From: Parcubacteria group bacterium Gr01-1014_20
Lineage (GTDB): Bacteria > Patescibacteriota > Minisyncoccia > UBA6257 > 2-01-FULL-56-20
Direction of reading: 5' to 3'
DNA length: 43,173 nt
NCBI GenBank assembly: GCA_007376265.1
Contig: VMFW01000007.1
Span: forward strand, 1-43,173
Below the pieces are notes generated by a model, which was given only the letters and a program-made list of their open reading frames with translations, made no database searches and had not been told where the DNA came from. Both the position numbers and the translations under genes were made by a program. Positions 17,303 through 25,751 of this stretch are shown here, piece after piece. Numbering within the stretch: the stretch's first letter is position 1; each line of letters opens with the position of its first letter.

Positions 17303-17797
17303 ATGAATAAAATCAATAAAAGAGGGGGCTTTACCCTTATCGAAATCTTGGTGGTTATCGGCATTATCGCTGTGTTAGCGGCTGTGGTCTTGATCGCTAT
17401 CAATCCAGCTCGTCAATTTGCACAAGCACGGGATTCGCAGCGCACGAGCAATGTTAATGCGATCTTGAATGCAATAGGTCAGAGAATAGCTGATAACAGA
17501 GGTACCTTTGGTGGTACTTTTGCGGGCTTAGCTTGCCCTGCACTTCCAGTTCCTGGCCTTGCAGATGTCACACTTAGTATTCTTACTGATACTAGTGCAG
17601 CGGACGCAGACTCTGTGGGTTTAGGCTGTCTGGCCCCAACCTATATGTCTGCTATCCCTACTGACCCTACGGCTTTTGCAACTCCGGACACTGGGTACGA
17701 TTTGAGAATTGAAACTATTGCTGAGGGTGGCAGACTTACACTTATTGCTCCCGCTAATGAAGTAGATACGACAACTGACATATCCGTCACACGGTAA
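17303..17797 (+). CDS. Major type IV pilin-like protein
   Basis: GG|FTLIEILVVIGII, NPARQFAQARDSQR, IPTDP; own upstream region and terminator. Confidence 0.88.
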   Translation: MNKINKRGGFTLIEILVVIGIIAVLAAVVLIAINPARQFAQARDSQRTSNVNAILNAIGQRIADNRGTFGGTFAGLACPALPVPGLADVTLSILTDTSAADADSVGLGCLAPTYMSAIPTDPTAFATPDTGYDLRIETIAEGGRLTLIAPANEVDTTTDISVTR

Positions 17798-17814
17798 ATT
17801 CCGGTTTCACTAAC

Positions 17815-17843
17815 AAAAAACTCCCGTGATGGGAGTTTTTTTT
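17815..17843. terminator. Bidirectional Rho-independent terminator
   Basis: AAAAAACTCCC-GTGAT-GGGAGTTTTTTTT between convergent genes. Confidence 0.85.
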
Positions 17844-17885
17844 CTTTAAGAAATTGGACGAGTTGGGGGGGTTGGGTAACTAAAT

Positions 17886-18212
17886 CTAGGTTGAATATCC
17901 ATAGAAAATACAGACAAAGATTAGGATGGCGATAAGGATCATGAAACCAACGGTGTAGATGGCGAGCTTCACGGCCTCTGGTTTTTTACCGTCCAGATAC
18001 CACACGAGTGGCCGGCCGAAGATGATAATTCCCATCGCGGCGGCGGAGACGACAAAGAGGGTCAAAAAGGCAATTATGGGGAGAGCGCTATCGCTACCCT
18101 CGCTTGGGCCGAGGATCCGCTCGATGTTAGACATGACGGTGGCGACTAGGGCGATGTAGGCAGTAGCTCCGAGTGCGTTTATTAGGGCGTATTTGAATAT
18201 TTCTTTTTTCAT
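17886..18212 (-). CDS. Small three-TM membrane protein
   Basis: Three hydrophobic helices, ATG start. Confidence 0.7.
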   Translation of the reverse strand: MKKEIFKYALINALGATAYIALVATVMSNIERILGPSEGSDSALPIIAFLTLFVVSAAAMGIIIFGRPLVWYLDGKKPEAVKLAIYTVGFMILIAILIFVCIFYGYST

Positions 18213-18255
18213 TCCTCAATTATTAACCCTGATGGTCTAGGAGTCAAATTTTTGA

Positions 18256-18287
18256 ACATTCTAACATTCTTGAGAACGTTAGAATGT
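18256..18287. repeat. AT-rich 15-bp inverted repeat
   Basis: ACATTCTAACATTCT-TG-AGAACGTTAGAATGT (one mismatch), no T tract. Confidence 0.75.
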
Positions 18288-18289
18288 CG

Positions 18290-18874
18290 CTATTCGCGTC
18301 TTTTTTTGTCGAGCCAGCCTGGAGTCGGGATAAAAGTTATTTCTTGCCAGTCGTCGATTTCTTCTTCGGTGACGTCGAAGTGTTTGATGTAGACAGTTTC
18401 AACGCTTCCGTGTTCGGCGTTTTTCCAGTCAAACCCCAGCTTTTGAGTTACGCCTTTCACCTCGTTTTCGGTGGGAGCTTCGATTTCGATGAAAGGTGGT
18501 ACCCAGGGCCAGGTGTCGATTGTGATTTCAGTATTTCCAAGCTGCCATTTTTCTCGCTTGGTTTCTTGATAGGCGACGAATTTGAGTTTAGCGTTTTCGA
18601 GAATGCCGCAGGTTTTATCAAAATCACTGACGTCAACCGATATTTCTTTGGTTCCATGGAGGGTGCGATCGATAAGTCTTTTGTAGCTTAGGGTGATTTT
18701 GTCGCCCTCATCTCGCACGCGGATCCAATCGTTTTGTTTTTCTGTCGGATGTTCAAAAACTTTCCGTCGCATCAGACGTTCGGGGTGGATAAGTTTAGCT
18801 CCGACTTCTTCGAGTTTCTTCCTGACGTTTTCTTTATCAATATCCAAGAACTTGGCTTCGATTTCGGTTTCCAT
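18290..18874 (-). CDS. CYTH domain protein (class IV adenylate cyclase/triphosphate tunnel family)
   Basis: EIEAKF (ExExK), WIRVRD, TLSYK, KRE.W, FIEIE. Confidence 0.88.
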   Translation of the reverse strand: METEIEAKFLDIDKENVRKKLEEVGAKLIHPERLMRRKVFEHPTEKQNDWIRVRDEGDKITLSYKRLIDRTLHGTKEISVDVSDFDKTCGILENAKLKFVAYQETKREKWQLGNTEITIDTWPWVPPFIEIEAPTENEVKGVTQKLGFDWKNAEHGSVETVYIKHFDVTEEEIDDWQEITFIPTPGWLDKKRRE

Positions 18875-18875
18875 T

Positions 18876-19850
18876 TTATTTCTTCGCGATTTTTTTTGTT
18901 TTTATGGCGTTGAGGATTTTCTTGACGGCATCAATAGATTTGTCATCGAGGATCGAGATGGCGATGGCGTTTTTCTGGATTTTTTTCAAAACGGTCAATT
19001 TTTTCTTTATCTCAGCGGGAGTGGCCACGTCGCTTTTGGATAAGAAAAGGTACTCTGGTTTTTTGAGAAGCGCCTTATTGAAGAGCCCCAGTTCCTTACG
19101 GATGGTTTTGTAATCTTTGGCCGGACTCTCGGACTCCGCGGAGATGAAGTGAAAAATAATTTTGGTGCGCTCGATGTGGCGCAGAAATTTGATGCCGAGG
19201 CCTTTGCCGACAGAGGAGCCTTCGATTAACCCGGGAATGTCAGCCAAGATTAGTTCGTAGTAAACGCCGAGGTTAGGCTCAAGAGTGGTGAAGGGATAGT
19301 TGGCCACTTTGCTTTGGGCCTTGGTTAGTTCATTCAGAAGACTCGATTTGCCAATGTTTGGAAAGCCCACGAAGCCGATGTCGGCTATGAGTTTTAACTC
19401 TAGGCGAAATTCAAACTCCTCGCCGGGAAGGCCGGGTTGGAATTGGGTGGGGCTAGTGTTTGTCGGTGAGCGAAAATGAAAGTTACCCTTACCGCCGTGG
19501 CCGCCTTTGGCCAAGACTACTCTCTCGCCGATTTGGGTGATCTCCTCTACTTCGGCGTTTGTTAAATTGTGAATGACGGTGCCAACGGGAACTTTGAGGA
19601 TTAAATCTTTGCCGTCGTGACCGTCGCGGAACTGGTCGCGCCCGTAAAGACCATCTTCGGCTTCGAACTCTTTTTTATGGCGGAATTGGTTTAGAGCGCT
19701 CAAATCAGAAACACCCGTGACGATAACACTCCCGCCGTTGCCGCCACTACCGCCCACCGGCCCTAAACTCATCATGGTCTTATTAAAAGACACCGAGCCC
19801 CGTCCGCCGTGGCCGGCTTTGACTTTGATTTTGACGTCGTCGATTAACAT
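18876..19850 (-). CDS. obgE: GTPase ObgE (no C-terminal domain)
   Basis: Gly-rich Obg fold, GFPNIGKSS, YPFTTLEPNLG, DIPGLIEG, GLG.KFLRHIER. Confidence 0.95.
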   Translation of the reverse strand: MLIDDVKIKVKAGHGGRGSVSFNKTMMSLGPVGGSGGNGGSVIVTGVSDLSALNQFRHKKEFEAEDGLYGRDQFRDGHDGKDLILKVPVGTVIHNLTNAEVEEITQIGERVVLAKGGHGGKGNFHFRSPTNTSPTQFQPGLPGEEFEFRLELKLIADIGFVGFPNIGKSSLLNELTKAQSKVANYPFTTLEPNLGVYYELILADIPGLIEGSSVGKGLGIKFLRHIERTKIIFHFISAESESPAKDYKTIRKELGLFNKALLKKPEYLFLSKSDVATPAEIKKKLTVLKKIQKNAIAISILDDKSIDAVKKILNAIKTKKIAKK

Positions 19851-19902
19851 AAACTTTGGTTCTATATTAACTCAATTTTTGATTATTCGTAACTGTTGTT
19901 TC

Positions 19903-19931
19903 TTGACTATTCTTGCCAAAAAAGGTAGACT
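19903..19931 (+). promoter_or_regulatory. Sigma70 promoter of nadA
   Basis: TTGACT-17 nt-TAGACT. Confidence 0.65.
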
Positions 19932-20009
19932 GTTGCCTGATAGTCGGATCGGAACACTTGAAAATTTAACATTGGATTGATTTCAATAACCCTTAGGAGG
20001 GAGTCCGAT

Positions 20010-21179
20010 ATGACAACCAGGGAGTTGGCGGCTCGACGTTACGAAATGTTTAATCGTTTAGCTGGGGACCTATATCCCGGGCGATATACCGAGGAATCGT
20101 GCCTGGTTCTCGCCGAACTCGAAATCGAGATTCGGAGATTGGCCGAGGAGAAGCACTCGCTCATCGTCGCCCACAATTACCTTCTTCCTGAAGTTCAGGA
20201 GGCGGCAGACAAGGTGGGTGATTCGCTGGGCTTAAGTTTCCACGTGAGAGACTCGGGCGCGGAAAGGGTGGACTTTGAGAGCGTGTTTTTCATGGGCGCT
20301 ACCGCGAAAATTATTGCCGGAGACAAAACGCGGGTCTTCGTGCCCGACAAGCCGGAGGTTATCTCCTGCTCTTTGGTTTTGGGTACGGACTATGAGGTTT
20401 TGCACGCCTGGAAGAGAGCCAATCCGGATGGACTTTTGGTCACGTACATCAATAGCGACGCCTATACGAAGTCGATCAGTGACTTTATCACCACCTCGCG
20501 TAACACCGACAAGATCATCGCGCATGCCTTGAGGGAATATCCTGGGCGGAAGATCTTGGTTCTCCCGGATAAGTATCTGGGTTTCGTCATGAAGATAAGA
20601 GCGCTCAGGATCTTGAAAAATCAGGGAATCAAGGTTGATCCGGATTTGATCGAGATCTACACTCACGAAAAGTTTCCGTTTCACGCTTCCTGCTACGTGC
20701 ATGAGAAGATTGGTGAGATGGGGCTTGAGGTGGCGCTTTCGAAACATCCGGAGGCGGAAGTAATGATTCATCCAGAGTGCGGATGCGCTTCTTCGTGTTT
20801 GATGAAGCTTGAGGCGGGAATTGTGCCGCGGGACAGGTTTTACTTCTTGTCGACTGAACAGATGGTGGAGCAGGCAAAAGAATCTCCGGCCGAAGAGTTT
20901 ATTGTGGCCACCGAAATGGGGATGATCTACCGGCTTCGAAAAGAAGTGCCCGAAAAGAGATTCTTGCCGGTTTCAAATGGAGCCGTATGCGATTTCATGA
21001 AGGAGTGCACCCTGCCTAAGCTCGCGCGTTCGCTTCGCGAGAATCGGTTGGAAATCATTTTGTGCGATGACTGCTGTGACCCGCAAAGTCCGTATCAGGA
21101 TGAGAGCGTGGTTCACATTCAGAAATCAGTCGCCGAAAAGGCCAAACTTGGCATCGAGAGAATGCTTTCGATCCAGTAG
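20010..21179 (+). CDS. nadA: Quinolinate synthase A
   Basis: IVAHNY...VGDSL.L, VFFM..TAKI, CSL, YINS, PDKYLG, CYVHE, HPEC, VATE.G, C..MK; SD AGGAGG before ATG 20010. Confidence 0.9.
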   Translation: MTTRELAARRYEMFNRLAGDLYPGRYTEESCLVLAELEIEIRRLAEEKHSLIVAHNYLLPEVQEAADKVGDSLGLSFHVRDSGAERVDFESVFFMGATAKIIAGDKTRVFVPDKPEVISCSLVLGTDYEVLHAWKRANPDGLLVTYINSDAYTKSISDFITTSRNTDKIIAHALREYPGRKILVLPDKYLGFVMKIRALRILKNQGIKVDPDLIEIYTHEKFPFHASCYVHEKIGEMGLEVALSKHPEAEVMIHPECGCASSCLMKLEAGIVPRDRFYFLSTEQMVEQAKESPAEEFIVATEMGMIYRLRKEVPEKRFLPVSNGAVCDFMKECTLPKLARSLRENRLEIILCDDCCDPQSPYQDESVVHIQKSVAEKAKLGIERMLSIQ

Positions 21180-21200
21180 CATCAGCAACTTTATGTTTTT

Positions 21201-21231
21201 AAAACCCCAGGCTTTGAGTCTGGGGTTTTTT
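21201..21231. terminator. Rho-independent terminator
   Basis: AAAACCCCAGGCT-TTG-AGTCTGGGGTTTTTT. Confidence 0.8.
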
Positions 21232-21254
21232 GTTTTTTCCGGTTTGCGAGCGCG

Positions 21255-21641
21255 CTATTCCTCCCAGTGGGCTTTGAAGTTTTTAATCTCTTCCACTAGT
21301 TTTTCGGCGGACTGGCCTTTGTAGCAGATGGCTCGATCATCAACATACACATAGGCGATGGGTTTCCCAGGGTTTTCGCCCTCTCTTTCTGGGTTGCGGT
21401 TGAAGTAATCAACGGGGATGTCATGCTCGGCGCAGTATTTTTGGATGAGTTCGTTGCCGCGAGTGGAGTAGATAAGAATTCTGTGACCTTCGGACTTCAG
21501 CACACGGATGGCTTTGACTACCTCATCATTCGGTTTTTCGGTGTGGCTGACACCTTTGAAACCATGGTATCCGGCGATTACTCCATCGAAGTCGAAGGCG
21601 TAGACACGCTTTTTTTCGCCCTCTTTTTCCACGTTAGACAT
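21255..21641 (-). CDS. Small HAD-superfamily hydrolase
   Basis: FDFDGVI, IYSTR, KP.AYVYVDDRA. Confidence 0.8.
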   Translation of the reverse strand: MSNVEKEGEKKRVYAFDFDGVIAGYHGFKGVSHTEKPNDEVVKAIRVLKSEGHRILIYSTRGNELIQKYCAEHDIPVDYFNRNPEREGENPGKPIAYVYVDDRAICYKGQSAEKLVEEIKNFKAHWEE

Positions 21642-21649
21642 TGTTTGAT

Positions 21650-22855
21650 TTAATTTTTACCGTCGTTATTGAACTCGTCCCAGAAGGCTGGGTCAATATC
21701 GCCGTCGGCTTTGAAGAAATAAACGCCTTTAAGGTTGTATTTTTTGGCGAGGTTGATTTTGTCCTTCATTGAGGAGGCGTCGCTAAACGAAACTAATCGC
21801 ATGACGGCCGCGGGATTGGTTTGAGCAGCCAAAACGGCGGGCTTTGTGGACGAGATGGTAAAAGTAAGACCCTGGGAGACGGTGTAGGAGGTGCTCGTCA
21901 CATACACAAAACTTAACTCACCGGCGCTGTTTCGGGCTGAGGTGGCGCCGACTTTTTGGGCGAGCTCGATGGCTTTGGGGTACGTGGTTGCGCCCACTCG
22001 TTTGTAGGTGGTCACGCCGTCTTTCCAAGAAATTTCAAAAATATAGCCGTAGGTGGGGATGCCCAAAATCACTTTTTTAGCGCTGATAGTGGGGATGGTT
22101 TGGTTGATAACTTTTTCCACCCACTCGGGATCGGCCACTGGCATATAGAGATCCGAACCGCCTTTTTTGGCGTTAAGATCAAGGTCGATTCGGCCTTGGT
22201 CATAAGCCATAATCTTTACCTCATCACAAAATTCGTTGATCTTCGCGTAGTTGTTAGCGTAGGCTAAATCTTTCGGGATGACCCGAAATTGAGACGCCCT
22301 AGGAGTGCGGCCTTCGATGGTGCAGCTAAGTTTTTTGCCGAAGGCGTGCAGTTTGTAGGCAAGGCCCTCGATGAATAAAGAAAAATAGGGTTCGGTTTCG
22401 GCATCTTTATCTTCGTAGTCGATGTCGATGCCGTCGTAATTTTTAGTTTTGGCGAGGTTCGCGATGTTTGTGGCATGCTGGCGTCTCCGGGTGGTGTTCG
22501 ATAGGAGTTTGTGGATAGCGGTGCCGTCAAGCAAAGCGACACTTGGCACGATTTTGACTTTGATGGCCCGGACCACGTTTAGCCAATCGGGCCAGAAGCC
22601 ACTTTCCATTTTCATTTTGTCAATTAGCGTGCCGTCCGCGTTAACTTCGTATGAAAAAGGGCTGATGGCGGTAAATTTTGGCAAGCGAAGAGAGAGTTCC
22701 ATCGCACCCTCGGCTTTTTTCCAGAATGGAAGCCAGGCGCCATAAGTGAGCGGGGGATTGGTGGCGGCGAGGAGTGAGTCCGGAAGGATAAGGGCTGCAA
22801 GAATTAGGCCAAGAAGGATAAGCTTATAGGTTTTTTTTAGGTGTTTAGTAAACAT
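21650..22855 (-). CDS. Secreted glycoside hydrolase family 18
   Basis: Signal peptide; DGIDIDYE catalytic motif, IMAYD, KVILGIPTYG. Confidence 0.88.
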   Translation of the reverse strand: MFTKHLKKTYKLILLGLILAALILPDSLLAATNPPLTYGAWLPFWKKAEGAMELSLRLPKFTAISPFSYEVNADGTLIDKMKMESGFWPDWLNVVRAIKVKIVPSVALLDGTAIHKLLSNTTRRRQHATNIANLAKTKNYDGIDIDYEDKDAETEPYFSLFIEGLAYKLHAFGKKLSCTIEGRTPRASQFRVIPKDLAYANNYAKINEFCDEVKIMAYDQGRIDLDLNAKKGGSDLYMPVADPEWVEKVINQTIPTISAKKVILGIPTYGYIFEISWKDGVTTYKRVGATTYPKAIELAQKVGATSARNSAGELSFVYVTSTSYTVSQGLTFTISSTKPAVLAAQTNPAAVMRLVSFSDASSMKDKINLAKKYNLKGVYFFKADGDIDPAFWDEFNNDGKN

Positions 22856-22891
22856 AGATCAATGACCATATATTAACGTAAAAAAGCATTA

Positions 22892-22920
22892 TTGACAAGT
22901 GTATTTTTTTGTGATATAAT
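22892..22920 (+). promoter_or_regulatory. Consensus sigma70 promoter
   Basis: TTGACA-17 nt-TATAAT, then SD AAGGAGGT. Confidence 0.8.
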
Positions 22921-22949
22921 CCCGAAAGACCCTTGAAAGGAGGTGTGAC

Positions 22950-23561
22950 GTGGAGAAGGAAACGTTTGGTTTTCTTTCGGGAGCGATTGTGGTTGCGAGT
23001 ATCGTGCCTTATGCCGTGCGAGCCTATCAGGGAAAGGTTAAGCCCAACCCGATGACGTGGCTCTTGTGGACCATGATTGGTTTTTCGCTTTTGGTTACCT
23101 ATCGTGACTCGGGAGCGGAAGCGAATATCTGGCCGGCGGTGTTCGGTTTTACCAATCCGTTTTTGATCGTGGTCTTCCTCATCAAGAATCGCTCGCAGTG
23201 GAAGAAGTTCGAAAAGTTTGAGTACTTTTGTTTGTTTTTCGGACTGGTTTCACTTGCGATGTGGATTTACATGCGGGAAGAAAGAGCGTTCGTGCAGTAC
23301 GCGCTCTTTATGGCAATCGTAGCAGATGCATTTGCGGCGATTCCGACGATTGTTTTTGTCTGGCGGTTCCCGGCGGAAGAGAGGCCTTTCGCTTGGGGAA
23401 TGTACGCGGTTGGTTATGGCTTGGGAGTGTTCGCCATTTCCGAGCACACAGCCTCCAACTACATTCTGCCGATCTACATGTTCTTCGGTGCTCTCTCGAT
23501 TGCTCTACCGCAAGTGATTTACCGCTTGCGAAAGCGTTCACCTCTTACCGAGTGGATATGA
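22950..23561 (+). CDS. Multi-pass membrane protein of unknown function
   Basis: About seven TMs with an internal two-fold pattern (PY....KPN..TW / PT....P.EE..FAW); strong SD and GTG start. Confidence 0.75.
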   Translation: MEKETFGFLSGAIVVASIVPYAVRAYQGKVKPNPMTWLLWTMIGFSLLVTYRDSGAEANIWPAVFGFTNPFLIVVFLIKNRSQWKKFEKFEYFCLFFGLVSLAMWIYMREERAFVQYALFMAIVADAFAAIPTIVFVWRFPAEERPFAWGMYAVGYGLGVFAISEHTASNYILPIYMFFGALSIALPQVIYRLRKRSPLTEWI

Positions 23562-23592
23562 AGCCGTTCCGATTTTCTGGGGCGGCTTTTTT
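23561..23592 (+). terminator. Rho-independent terminator
   Basis: AAGCCGTTCC...GGGGCGGCTTTTTT. Confidence 0.7.
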
Positions 23593-23630
23593 AGTTTCAG
23601 TTTTTATGGATTTTAAGATATGATTACACT

Positions 23631-24473
23631 ATGAAAAAAGAGCAAAATTTAGCGGGAATTGATAGTTCTAGCGCTTGGGATGTGCCACCGCTTCGGGAAG
23701 CAGTGATTGACTCAGATGGTTCTGCGTGGGATAGGAAAACCGAAGAAATTATCGAGAAATACAAACGAATTATTGTTTTAAGGGGGGCGGGCTCTGTGAA
23801 TGGCATTGACAAAAAAGCTGCCGACGAGCTTTTGGAGAAAGATTTGCTTCCGAGGATAAAGCGCGAATTGGAATCTGGAGCGGTAGCGATTATGTTTGAT
23901 GGAGATTCGGATAGCCCTGATAAGCCAGACGTAGGATATATAATGGGACGCTTAAGGGATGAGCTGAGGCAGGAGTTGGATGACAGCGTATTGTTTGCAA
24001 CTGCCCAAAAGAAAAGCTGGTATTATCCGGCCGAACCGGGCACGAATTTGGCAAATACTCACGGACTTCAGTACGAAACCTACGTTTTTGAAGACGGGAA
24101 ATTCCCGGGTGAGCATAATAGGTTTACACAATCAGAAAGGCTCGTAAACGCCGACGGTTATGAGCAGTGGTATATTGGTGCTTCTGGCCCCATTGCTTCG
24201 GAACAGCTTCAAGACTACAATGCAAAAATTGAGGGTGATAAAAAACATCGGGTAGTAGTATTTCGTGCCCCGTTGAATGAAGCCCTAAGTGACGATATTG
24301 CGAAAAAACTTGAGGCGGCTAAGGTTTCTCAAGATCAAAGCAAAATTACGAAACTTGAAGGAGCGTTGGAGCAACGGAAACACAAGTATGGGGTGCCCTG
24401 GGATGATAGTGGTAACCCGATAGTGGATGCTAGTAAGTATCCCCACTTGGAGTTTGAGTTTGTGACTAAATAA
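23631..24473 (+). CDS. Hypothetical alpha/beta protein
   Basis: 280-aa ORF with globular composition; TATGAT 6 nt before ATG. Confidence 0.7.
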   Translation: MKKEQNLAGIDSSSAWDVPPLREAVIDSDGSAWDRKTEEIIEKYKRIIVLRGAGSVNGIDKKAADELLEKDLLPRIKRELESGAVAIMFDGDSDSPDKPDVGYIMGRLRDELRQELDDSVLFATAQKKSWYYPAEPGTNLANTHGLQYETYVFEDGKFPGEHNRFTQSERLVNADGYEQWYIGASGPIASEQLQDYNAKIEGDKKHRVVVFRAPLNEALSDDIAKKLEAAKVSQDQSKITKLEGALEQRKHKYGVPWDDSGNPIVDASKYPHLEFEFVTK

Positions 24474-24584
24474 CCATTCGGTGATTGTATTTAAAAACCT
24501 CCTTGGGTTTTTGCCAAAAGGAAGAGTTTTGTTTTTCTATTGAAAAAACAAGCAAATACAAGTAGATTTAGAAGGTTAAATTAT

Positions 24585-24655
24585 TGCCGGATCATCTAAT
24601 GGTAGGATAGCGGACTCTGAATCCGTTCATCTTGGTTCGAATCCAAGTCCGGCAG
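24585..24655 (+). tRNA. tRNA-Gln(CTG), CCA not encoded
   Basis: Acceptor TGCCGGA/TCCGGCA; anticodon arm GCGGA-CT CTG AA-TCCGT; T arm CTTGG-TTCGAAT-CCAAG. Confidence 0.95.
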
Positions 24656-24691
24656 CATTGCTCGCAAATCGGTGAAGTATACTATCAAGAT

Positions 24692-25111
24692 ATGGAAGAA
24701 GTTAAAAGTGGATTCTATCGGGTAAGTATTAAAGGGCTCATTCTTGATGAGACTGGTAAAAAGTTTGCCGTGATTCTTGAAGATAATGGCTTGTGGGAAT
24801 TGCCTGGCGGGGGACTGGATTGGGGAGAATCGATCGAGACGTGCCTGAAACGGGAAATTTACGAAGAGATGGGCTTGGAGGTGACGGAGGTTAACCCAAC
24901 GCCGTTATACTACCTAACCGGCCAAAACATGAAAGGCCGGTGGACTTTTAATTTAGTGTTTGAGACAAGGGTGAAGGACTTTAACTTTACTCCTTCGGAA
25001 GAGTGCCGCGAGTTGAGGTTCATATCGCCAGAGGAGGTGGATTCCATTAACGCTTTTAGAACAGTTAAGGAGCTGGCGGTGTTGTTTGGGAATAGAGGTA
25101 AGCATGAATAA
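24692..25111 (+). CDS. NUDIX hydrolase
   Basis: PGGGLDWGE....LKREIYEEMG; start moved to ATG 24692 to clear the tRNA. Confidence 0.88.
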   Translation: MEEVKSGFYRVSIKGLILDETGKKFAVILEDNGLWELPGGGLDWGESIETCLKREIYEEMGLEVTEVNPTPLYYLTGQNMKGRWTFNLVFETRVKDFNFTPSEECRELRFISPEEVDSINAFRTVKELAVLFGNRGKHE

Positions 25112-25751
25112 AATGGAAATAGACAAAACCAATCAAGAAAAAAGATTTAAGGCGGTGGTGTTTGATTTTGGCGGGGTGATTGAGATTAATGATGGGGAAG
25201 ACATTTTAAGTTCGGTGGCCGGGATGCTTGGTTTGTCGATCGAGCAGTTGAAGAAAACTTACTTTGAACACAACCACCTTTCGAATGTGAAGAATATGAA
25301 CTGGGTGGATATGCTCATGGAGGTGGTAAGGGAGTTTGATAAAACTAAAGAGACCGAGGACAAGGTGAGAGAAGCAGTGAGAGACCATATGGCGAAGGGC
25401 ACGACTAATACCGAGCTTTTGTCTTTCCTCCCGAAACTTCGGAGTAGGGGCTTTAAGACGGCAATTTTTAGCAACAACACTTCCGAGCTTAGAGATAAGT
25501 TGGCCGAGATGGGGATAGTTGAAATGTTTGATGAGGTCGTGGTTTCAGCCGAGATCGGTTTTCAAAAACCCCACAAGGCGGCGTTTGATGTTTTGTTTGA
25601 AAAGTTGGGGTTGACTCCCCAAGAAGTGATTTTTATAGATGATTCAGCGAAAAGCTTGGAGAAGGCGGCGGAGATCGGTTACTTTCCGATTCGTTTTGAA
25701 AGTAATGAGCAACTTAAGAGTGAGTTTAAAAAGCTTGGGATTTTTGTGTAG
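25104..25751 (+). CDS. HAD family phosphatase (YihX-like)
   Basis: FDFGGV, FSNN, QKP, FIDD. Confidence 0.88.
   Translation: MNKMEIDKTNQEKRFKAVVFDFGGVIEINDGEDILSSVAGMLGLSIEQLKKTYFEHNHLSNVKNMNWVDMLMEVVREFDKTKETEDKVREAVRDHMAKGTTNTELLSFLPKLRSRGFKTAIFSNNTSELRDKLAEMGIVEMFDEVVVSAEIGFQKPHKAAFDVLFEKLGLTPQEVIFIDDSAKSLEKAAEIGYFPIRFESNEQLKSEFKKLGIFV

Noticed and set aside
24585-24655. tRNAs as integration sites for an island or prophage
   Set aside because: No duplicated tRNA 3' end noticed by eye and no integrase or phage genes in the window.
24632-24691. N-terminal extension of the NUDIX ORF
   Set aside because: Overlaps tRNA-Gln; ATG 24692 has its own -10 box.
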